DNA of 43,692 nt, taken from positions 1-43,692 of IMG/VR virus record IMGVR_UViG_3300045996_000340, one strand, 5' to 3'. Positions 38,003 through 43,692 of the stretch are shown piece by piece. The DNA is from a virus. The notes beneath the pieces are model-generated. The model searched no databases. It was given only the letters and a program-made list of their open reading frames with translations, and had not been told where the DNA came from. Each line of letters begins with the position of its first letter. Within the stretch, counting starts at the first letter, position 1. Position numbers and translations under genes: made by a program.

Positions 38003-39568
38003 TCACGCGGCTTGCGGGGCGCCTTGGGCGGCCTGCCTCATGAGGTCCATCGCCTTCGGCCCGAGCTTCTCGATCAGGGCCTGGAGCTGGATCTGCTGGT
38101 CGGCCTGCGCCAGCTCGTCGACGGAGCGGATCAGACCATCGGTGTCGATGCCGTCCATCGTGGCGAGACGGGAGACGAGGTTGTTGAGATGCACCACCTT
38201 GGCGAGCTGCTCGGGGCCGATCGCCTGACCAAGGGTGGCCAGGAAGTTGACCAGCTTGTTGCGGTCCTGCGAGCGCCCGAGGGCTTCGAGACCGGTGACG
38301 ATCTTCGGCTTCACGATCCCCTTGGGGAGCTTCGGCCAGCCGGCCCGACCGGAGGTACGCTTCAGCTTCACCCGGATGTAGGGCAGCTGGAACTCCTGCG
38401 AGAGGACCGAGTAGATGCCGCCGAGGCTGGTCTCCAGCTCGGTGGCCATGAGGCGGATCTCTTCGGCGGTCACGCGCTCGGCGTCCCGCTGGATCGAGCT
38501 GTTGAGCAGGAAGGCCTGCGCCAGGCGGTTCTCGATCCGGGAGATGGTCTCCAGGGCGACGCGGAAGTCGTTGAACTTCTCCATCTGGACGACGGAGACG
38601 TCCTCGGCGTTGCCCTCGCGGATGGCACCGTTGGGGGCCTGGGACAGGGTGTCCTTCTTGGTCGTGCCGTTGGGGTTGACCAGGATCAGCACCTTGGCTG
38701 CGGCAGCCGTGCCCTCGACGATCGCCTTCGAGAGGCCTTCGAGCGACTTCAGGTCGCCGTAGAACTCCTCGACGTAGCCGCGCCCGTAGTCCTCACCAGC
38801 GATGCGGACCATGCGGAGGGCGTGCCACGGCAGGGCGTCCAGGGGGTAGGTGCCCCGGCTGCCCGGAATGACCTCGCCACAGGTGACCTCCTGGTGGATG
38901 GTCCACTGGCGGGGAACCCGCTTGATCCAGGTGTAGATGTCGACCGTCGCGTTCGGGTCGGTGCTCGGAGGGGCGTCCTTCATGGCCGCCTCGCGGACCT
39001 CCTCGGGGAGGACCGTGGGGGCGACGCTCTCCTTGACCACGATCTCGACCAGGTTGCCGCGGGGATCGCGCTTGCAGACGAAGCTGTCGAGGTGGAAGAC
39101 CCGGAGGCCGACCTCCTCGTCGTCGTGAAGGAGGACGTTGCCGGGGATCAGGAGGTGCTTCATGGCCTCACCGAGAGCGACCCGATCGGCCTTGGTCTCG
39201 ATGTCGTCCATGACGGCCCGCTCGTAGCGAGCCAGGCCCTTCTGGATCTCAGTCGCGGCCTCGTCACCCCCTTGCAGCTTGGCCTGCTCCAGGACGAAGT
39301 CGTCCACGGCGAGGCGGAAGAAGGGGCTGTTGGGCGGCAGGAGCGACAGCAGCAGCTTCGAGGCGAGGTTGTTGACGCCTCGGGCGCCGACGCTCTGGAA
39401 GGTCTGGTAAAGGTTTGAGGTTGCGGTGTGCCCACTCTCGGGGAGCAGGCTCGGGATGGTCAGCTTCGAGATCTCCCGGCCCCGCTTGAGGTAGGGATCG
39501 CGGAGGCCGGCGAGCTGGAGATACCGCCCTGCGGCGGTTTCGTTGATGACAGGACCGGCCTCAGCCAT
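38003..39568 (-). CDS. Portal (head-tail connector) protein (T7 gp8-like)
   Basis: 521 aa. ...LQLAGLRDPYLKRGREISKLTIPSLLP...LYQTFQSVGARGVNNLASKLLLSLLPPNSPFFRL is typical of podovirus connector proteins. Confidence 0.92.
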   Translation of the reverse strand: MAEAGPVINETAAGRYLQLAGLRDPYLKRGREISKLTIPSLLPESGHTATSNLYQTFQSVGARGVNNLASKLLLSLLPPNSPFFRLAVDDFVLEQAKLQGGDEAATEIQKGLARYERAVMDDIETKADRVALGEAMKHLLIPGNVLLHDDEEVGLRVFHLDSFVCKRDPRGNLVEIVVKESVAPTVLPEEVREAAMKDAPPSTDPNATVDIYTWIKRVPRQWTIHQEVTCGEVIPGSRGTYPLDALPWHALRMVRIAGEDYGRGYVEEFYGDLKSLEGLSKAIVEGTAAAAKVLILVNPNGTTKKDTLSQAPNGAIREGNAEDVSVVQMEKFNDFRVALETISRIENRLAQAFLLNSSIQRDAERVTAEEIRLMATELETSLGGIYSVLSQEFQLPYIRVKLKRTSGRAGWPKLPKGIVKPKIVTGLEALGRSQDRNKLVNFLATLGQAIGPEQLAKVVHLNNLVSRLATMDGIDTDGLIRSVDELAQADQQIQLQALIEKLGPKAMDLMRQAAQGAPQAA

Positions 39569-39579
39569 GGGGGTTCACC

Positions 39580-39834
39580 TTACCGTGGGATTTGGAGACC
39601 ACCTGCGACGGCGCTGGTAGCAGCACCACCGGAGCGGCGGAGAGGGATGATCAGGCGGCTACGCCCCTGCCTCGGGTTATCACCCTGACCACCGATGACC
39701 GGGCTGAGCCGCGGGCCACCAGCCGGCACGAACGCAGGCGGAGGCGGTGGAGGAGGAGGAGGGGGCGGAGGCGGAGGAGGTGGGGCCACAGGCGCAGGGG
39801 CCGGCTTGGGGGTCTTGACCTTCGGGGCACACAT
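39580..39834 (-). CDS. Proline-rich small protein (84 aa) with a 16-residue poly-Pro run; T7 7.3-position virion protein candidate
   Basis: ORF track. MCAPKVKTPKPAPAPVA-P16-AFVPAGG... Confidence 0.5.
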   Translation of the reverse strand: MCAPKVKTPKPAPAPVAPPPPPPPPPPPPPPPPAFVPAGGPRLSPVIGGQGDNPRQGRSRLIIPLRRSGGAATSAVAGGLQIPR

Positions 39835-39839
39835 GGTGG

Positions 39840-40037
39840 CTACTCCAGGTCCCCATGAAGGGGTGCTTGTTGGGCATCGAACTGGTGACGGAGGAAGCGC
39901 ACTACCTGGACCGCACCAACCTTCATCCAGATCTCTCGATCGGTGAGCTTGGGGTCAGGGCAGCGGTCGGGGAACCGTCGCTCCAGCTCCTTCAGGAGCA
40001 CCTCGGGGACGGCGGGGAAGTCCTGATCGTCTTGCAT
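39840..40037 (-). CDS. Hypothetical small protein (65 aa), first gene of the late module
   Basis: Internal ATG MQDDQDFPAVPEVLLKELERRFP.... The longer ORF-track form would cover P3. Confidence 0.5.
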   Translation of the reverse strand: MQDDQDFPAVPEVLLKELERRFPDRCPDPKLTDREIWMKVGAVQVVRFLRHQFDAQQAPLHGDLE

Positions 40038-40057
40038 GGAGGTGATCCCTGTACGGG

Positions 40058-40080
40058 GGTTGAGTGAGGGGGTATTTCGC
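40058..40080 (-). promoter_or_regulatory. Candidate phage-RNAP promoter P3 (GCGAAATACCCCCTCACTCAACC) ahead of the structural genes
   Basis: A 23-mer near-identical to P1 and P2, about 20 nt upstream of ATG 40037. Confidence 0.6.
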
Positions 40081-40090
40081 AGAGACAGAG

Positions 40091-40110
40091 GGAGGCGCCG
40101 AAGCGCCCCC
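40091..40110 (-). terminator. Stem-loop GGGGGCGC-TTCG-GCGCCTCC between the dNMP kinase stop and P3
   Basis: Read directly. It is followed by CTCTGTCTCTG (pyrimidine-rich, not a clean U-tract). Confidence 0.45.
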
Positions 40111-40120
40111 ACTCTCTCGG

Positions 40121-40693
40121 TCAGGGTGTGAGCATGGCCCGCGTGCGACGGACCAACTCCTCGGGCGAGCTGGCCCGGATGGCGTAGTCGAAGCTGTGGT
40201 GGTTGAGCCGGCCCTCGCTGGGATGCTGGAAGCCCCGCGTGTAGCCGTCCGCCCGCTCGACCCGGACGCAGATGCCGCCCAGGGTCTTGATCAGGGCGAA
40301 CTCGTTCGGGTAGCGCATGTCAGAGACCACCACCGGGCCGCCCTTGAGGGCGCTCTCGATGACGCCGCGGGAGATGCAGAGCCAGATGTCCGGCCCAACC
40401 CGCTCGCGCAGCCCGTTGCCCAGGTGCTCAGCGAACACCCGGAAGCTTAGCCCGCCGAGGGCCGGGATTGGGGCCTCCTTCAGGTCGCCCTCAAGGGACC
40501 GTTCGAGGAGGCCCCCACAGCCGGCGGCTTCCAGGAGCCCAGCCCAGGCGCTCTTGATGGGCGCCGAGAACTGGTGCTGTTCATAGCCGAACTCGTCCAC
40601 GAGGATCTTCGCCACGGTGCCCTTCCCGCTCCGTGCCTCCGAGCTGTAGAGGCCGATCAGGCGCGGGCGTTCGTTGTCATCCATGTCACGCAT
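40121..40693 (-). CDS. P-loop deoxynucleoside monophosphate kinase (phage dNMP kinase-like)
   Basis: Internal ATG MRDMDDNERPRLIGLYSSEARSGKGTVAKIL (compare T4 gp1 GVKRSGKDT) and VVSDMRYPNEFALIK (the DVRFPNE-type block of phage dNMP kinases). Confidence 0.7.
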   Translation of the reverse strand: MRDMDDNERPRLIGLYSSEARSGKGTVAKILVDEFGYEQHQFSAPIKSAWAGLLEAAGCGGLLERSLEGDLKEAPIPALGGLSFRVFAEHLGNGLRERVGPDIWLCISRGVIESALKGGPVVVSDMRYPNEFALIKTLGGICVRVERADGYTRGFQHPSEGRLNHHSFDYAIRASSPEELVRRTRAMLTP

Positions 40694-40702
40694 AGTTGCT
40701 CC

Positions 40703-40718
40703 GGTGGATAGGTTCAGG
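40703..40718 (-). promoter_or_regulatory. Motif copy CCTGAACCTATCCACC, 9 nt upstream of ATG 40693
   Basis: CTGACCTATCCACC family. It is followed by GGAGCAACTATG. Confidence 0.45.
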
Positions 40719-41319
40719 CCGCAGAGAGGCCGTCGAGGTCGAGCAGGCCGGCCTCCATGAGCAGGCTCCACTCCAGCGGGAGCACGAGCTTCCAGCCGGG
40801 GTACTTCTGTGAGATCCGCTCGAAGCGCGTGATGGCGCGCTGGTAGCGGTTCGCGTCGGGGCAGAAGGTGAGGGTGAAGGTCTTGCGCTGGTGGTCGACG
40901 CCGTAGGCCAGCGTCTCGATCACCCGCTCGCCGTCGAAGCCGATCTGGCAGATGCCGAAGTCGATCCGCCCCAGGACGTAGCTCATGGTCACCGGCTCCC
41001 GGAGGACGATGACCTGGATCGTGGGGCAGCCGAAGAGGTTGTACTCGTAGACAGCCAGCACGTCGGTCATGCCGAGCTTGTAGGCACAGCCGCTGCTGAT
41101 CTTCGACTTCCCGGTCACCTCGAAGGCGGCGTCGAGCGCCTGCTTGGTCGCGTAGGGGCCGACGAAGATGTCCAGGTCCTTGACCTCGACGAAGTGCCTC
41201 AGGTCCCGCAGCGAGCCGCCGGCCAGGACCGCACTCTCGTCGACCATCTGCGCGCGCTTGAGGGCTGAGATCCACGCGGTGGGCACGCCCGTCCGCATGG
41301 ACACCATCAGGTTGTCCAT
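40714..41319 (-). CDS. Minimal nucleotidyltransferase-fold (Pol beta-like) protein, function unknown
   Basis: Internal ATG MDNLMVSM.... LAGGSLRDLRHFVEVKDLDIFV fits hG[GS]-x9-13-D-h-D-h. A third acidic candidate lies in GRIDFGICQ. 201 aa. Confidence 0.5.
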   Translation of the reverse strand: MDNLMVSMRTGVPTAWISALKRAQMVDESAVLAGGSLRDLRHFVEVKDLDIFVGPYATKQALDAAFEVTGKSKISSGCAYKLGMTDVLAVYEYNLFGCPTIQVIVLREPVTMSYVLGRIDFGICQIGFDGERVIETLAYGVDHQRKTFTLTFCPDANRYQRAITRFERISQKYPGWKLVLPLEWSLLMEAGLLDLDGLSAA

Positions 41320-41351
41320 TGAGCAGCTCCAGGATGTGGGAGGGGTGGCGG

Positions 41352-42110
41352 CTACGGGCGCCAGAGGATCGGGCGCTTGGCCTTGAAGTCGTAGTCGGTG
41401 GTGCGGAGGATGCGCGCGACGCGGGCCTGCACGAGGGCGTCCTCGGCAGTCAGGCCCCGCTTCTCGAAGGTCTCGACGACGGCGAGCCAGGCCGGCTCGA
41501 CGCCCCACGAGCGGATGAAGTCCGGGCCGCCGATGATGCGCTCGGCCTTGACCGGGCCGATGCCAGGGCAGCCGGCGTAGCAGTCGACGACGTCGCCGGT
41601 GAGGGTCTGGAAGAGGTGCCAGTAGTCGGCGGTGGGCTGGTCGACCTCGAAGGTCTGGCCGGTGTCCGGGTTGTGGTGGAGGGCCGGGACCGTCCGCATG
41701 TCCTTGTCGATCGCGACGATCACCTTCTTGCCCGGCACCAGCCGCGGGTGCGTGGCCAGGATGCCGAGGATGTCGTCGCCTTCGAGGGACGGCTTGATGT
41801 AGGACCGGTAGGCGGACTGGACGTGCTCGCGCAGGTCCGCCCACATGATCGGCTTCTCGGCCGGACGCAGGCCCTTGTAGGTCGGCAGGATGTCCTTGCG
41901 GTAGTTGTGCTCCGGGTCGGTGAGCGCCATGATGACCTGGTCACCCTTGAGGCGCTCCTGGAGCAGCTCGACGTAGCTGTCGATCCGCTTGACCGCAGTG
42001 CTGAGGTCGGTGTGGCTCGACACCACACCGTTGCCCCAATCGAAGGACTTCTGACCACCACACGCGAACCTGTAGACGACCGTATCGCCGTCGATCAGGA
42101 GTGTGGTCAC
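41352..42110 (-). CDS. 5'-3' exonuclease (T7 gp6-like)
   Basis: A GTG start overlapping the upstream stop (GTGA) keeps the N-terminal LLIDGD block. EGDDILGILA, VAIDKDMRTVP, ADYWHLFQTLTGDVVDCYAG, and C-terminal ARILRTTDYDFKAKRPILWRP (T7 gp6 ends ARILRFNEYNFIDKEIYLWRP). Confidence 0.92.
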   Translation of the reverse strand: MTTLLIDGDTVVYRFACGGQKSFDWGNGVVSSHTDLSTAVKRIDSYVELLQERLKGDQVIMALTDPEHNYRKDILPTYKGLRPAEKPIMWADLREHVQSAYRSYIKPSLEGDDILGILATHPRLVPGKKVIVAIDKDMRTVPALHHNPDTGQTFEVDQPTADYWHLFQTLTGDVVDCYAGCPGIGPVKAERIIGGPDFIRSWGVEPAWLAVVETFEKRGLTAEDALVQARVARILRTTDYDFKAKRPILWRP

Positions 42111-42364
42111 GCCTTGCCCCCCGGAGCAGGACGCTCGGCAGCGGGCTCCGCGGCCTTGTGGCCGACCTCCTGGGAGGCGAGGTCGCCCTCGATGATCACC
42201 GTCATGGTGAGCGACCGGCCGCGGTTGTCGTCCGCCTGGATGGACATCCGGCTGTTGGCCGGCAGGGTCTGCCCGGTGAGCTTCTGGAGGTAGTCGGCGA
42301 AGGCGTCCTTCAGGTCCTCCTGGTTGAGGACGAAGGTCTGGTTCTGCTTGGTGACGATCTTCAT
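42107..42364 (-). CDS. Hypothetical protein (85 aa)
   Basis: ORF track. The ATG overlaps the upstream stop (ATGA). Confidence 0.55.
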   Translation of the reverse strand: MKIVTKQNQTFVLNQEDLKDAFADYLQKLTGQTLPANSRMSIQADDNRGRSLTMTVIIEGDLASQEVGHKAAEPAAERPAPGGKA

Positions 42365-42684
42365 GCGAGGCTCCTGAGTTGCCAGAGCAGGGCGAGCCCG
42401 GCGGGGGTGATCCGCCAGGACCGGCCGAAGGTGTCGCGGGTGTCCTGCACGGTGAGCAGCCCGGAGGATGCGGCGCAGGCGATCTCGTCGGCGTTGGCCC
42501 GAGCGAAGTCGGACTTCGTGGTGAAACCGCCCGCCCAGGCCTCGTGAAGAACAGGCTCGAAGTCAAGCTCAGTGCGTTTCAGCCCAGTTCTTTCCGACCT
42601 TGTATTCGCCGTCCAACGGGCATCGGAACCCAAGTCGTTCTCCAGCTCGTCTGATAGACTGGACTGCTGACATTCCAAGTTCAT
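42361..42684 (-). CDS. Hypothetical protein (107 aa) starting inside the DNAP 3' end in another frame
   Basis: The only in-frame start is ATG 42684, with AGGGAGG about 10 nt upstream. The 116-nt overlap with DNAP coincides with a visibly AT-richer stretch. The stop is coupled (ATGA) to the next gene. Confidence 0.45.
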   Translation of the reverse strand: MNLECQQSSLSDELENDLGSDARWTANTRSERTGLKRTELDFEPVLHEAWAGGFTTKSDFARANADEIACAASSGLLTVQDTRDTFGRSWRITPAGLALLWQLRSLA

Positions 42685-43692
42685 TTGCGATGGCCTCCCT
42701 CGCCATGAGCTGTACTTCGTCGTGGACGTGGGCGGCCGGCCACCAATCCGTGGGGACAACCAAGCCCTGGGTGGATAGGTCACGGCGCAAGAGAACCGTG
42801 GCCGTCTTGAAGGCGATCGAGCCGGTGGATTGCAGGAGGGTGTTCAGGGCGCTGTGCTGCGAGCGCACCGGGACGGCACGGCCGTCGATGCCCTTCAGCC
42901 AGTCGCGGCCCTCCAGGGCCTTCGCCAGGTCACCCATGAGGGTGCCCTTCTGGCCGACCTTGCCGATGCCGAGGCCCTTCGCGAGGCGGTCGCGGACAGC
43001 CTTGCCGAGCTTCTGTGGGTTGGTGCTCGGCGGGGTGAGGCCCAGCCTGGCGTAGTACTCCAGCACGATCGTGCCGAGCTTCTTGTCGCCCGCCCCGTAG
43101 AGCAGGGCGTACATCTCGGTCTTGGAGCAGTCACGGTTGGGGCTCAGCTCTTGGAGCGCATCCATGTTGACCTGGTGGATGTCGCCTTCGAGCAGCTCCT
43201 TGATGAACTTCCCGTCGTCGTACCTTGCGAGGTAGTGGCCGAGGCAGCGCAGCTCCAAGCCGGACGCGTCGGCGCCGACCTGGAGGTAGCCCTCGGGGGC
43301 GTGGAACAGACTGCGGCATTCCCAGCCGAAGCCGCCCTCGATCCCCATGAGGATGACCTTCTTGCCGTCGACCTTCGTGACCTGGACCTTCGGCACCTGG
43401 GTCACGTTCGGCCTGCGGTGGGTGCAGCGATGGGTCGGCGTCCCGATCGGGATCACCTCGCCGTGGATGCGGCCGTTGGCCTTGACCGCCTTGAGCCAGC
43501 CTTCCTTGCCGTCGCCGAGCTGGCCCAGCCGCTTCGCCACCATGAGGTACTCCGCGAGCTGCGGCGCCTCCGGGTAGGGGAGCTGGCTGATCACCACGTC
43601 GTCGACCTTGGGGTGGCCGTCCTTGGTGAACTCCTGCGGCACCCAGCCCCTGAGCTTCTTCAGGCGGTCGGCGATGTGGTGCCGGCTGCTCG
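42569..43692 (-). CDS. DNA polymerase, T7 gp5-like, C-terminal polymerase part (continuation of 1..928; 43600-43692 duplicates 1-93)
   Basis: RRPNVTQVPK, DASGLELRCLGHYL, ALLYGAGDKKLG, HVHDEVQL, and C-terminal FRCPLDGEYKVGKNWAETH (T7 ends FRCLLDTEGKMGPNWAICH). Confidence 0.95.
   Translation of the reverse strand, partial: SSRHHIADRLKKLRGWVPQEFTKDGHPKVDDVVISQLPYPEAPQLAEYLMVAKRLGQLGDGKEGWLKAVKANGRIHGEVIPIGTPTHRCTHRRPNVTQVPKVQVTKVDGKKVILMGIEGGFGWECRSLFHAPEGYLQVGADASGLELRCLGHYLARYDDGKFIKELLEGDIHQVNMDALQELSPNRDCSKTEMYALLYGAGDKKLGTIVLEYYARLGLTPPSTNPQKLGKAVRDRLAKGLGIGKVGQKGTLMGDLAKALEGRDWLKGIDGRAVPVRSQHSALNTLLQSTGSIAFKTATVLLRRDLSTQGLVVPTDWWPAAHVHDEVQLMAREAIANELGMSAVQSIRRAGERLGFRCPLDGEYKVGKNWAETH
42770..42785 (-). 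promoter_or_regulatory. Motif copy CCGTGACCTATCCACC inside the DNAP coding region (codons RRDLSTQ), upstream of 42361..42684
   Basis: CTGACCTATCCACC family. It is the only copy clearly inside a long gene. Confidence 0.35.
43600..43692. repeat. Contig-end duplication (identical to 1..93)
   Basis: See feature 1..93. Confidence 0.9.

Noticed and set aside
40714-41844. Long N-terminal extensions of ORF-track entries 40714..41844, 40121..41275, 41352..42566, 33662..35002, 30520..33372, 3700..4497 and 13440..14624
   Set aside because: The extensions are Arg/Pro/Gly-rich, overlap the preceding well-supported gene in another frame, and internal starts with an SD or start/stop coupling give proteins matching T7 homologue N-termini.

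Overview
The window is a complete, circularly closed phage genome. Bases 1-93 are identical to 43600-43692, so the unit length is 43,599 bp. It is a GC-rich member of the T7 supergroup (Autographiviridae-like podophage). Almost every gene is on the minus strand and follows T7 order. Reading from high to low coordinates: a 1.7 kb non-coding, repeat-dense region (about 20816-19135); early genes (19134-9023); single-subunit RNA polymerase (8961-6466); SSB, endonuclease I, lysozyme, primase-helicase and DNA polymerase (wraps the contig ends); exonuclease; portal, scaffold, capsid, tail tubular A/B, internal virion proteins; small and large terminase; and one last beta-rich protein. Several things are not T7-like. 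(1) A lysogeny and defence island at 10372-15182 carries tRNA-Leu(CAA), Vsr, a PD-(D/E)XK nuclease candidate, an HTH-fused C5 DNA methyltransferase, a tyrosine integrase and a MarR-type regulator. (2) A 2.6 kb insertion between the scaffold and capsid genes carries a holin/spanin-like cassette, an SGNH esterase and an antisense exported-protein moron. (3) A second antisense exported-protein moron lies in the early region. (4) An NTase-fold protein and a P-loop dNMP kinase sit ahead of the structural genes. (5) There is no tail-fibre gene at the gp17 position. Two conserved minus-strand DNA motif families stand out. One is a 23-nt T3/T7-class promoter-like element in three copies, each next to a GC-rich stem-loop. 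The other is a roughly 15-nt motif (CTGACCTATCCACC) in about 13 copies, nearly all just upstream of genes, whose function is unknown. All protein calls rest on motifs recognised by eye, comparison with remembered T7 protein sequences, and synteny. No database search was run. Starts of small genes are provisional.
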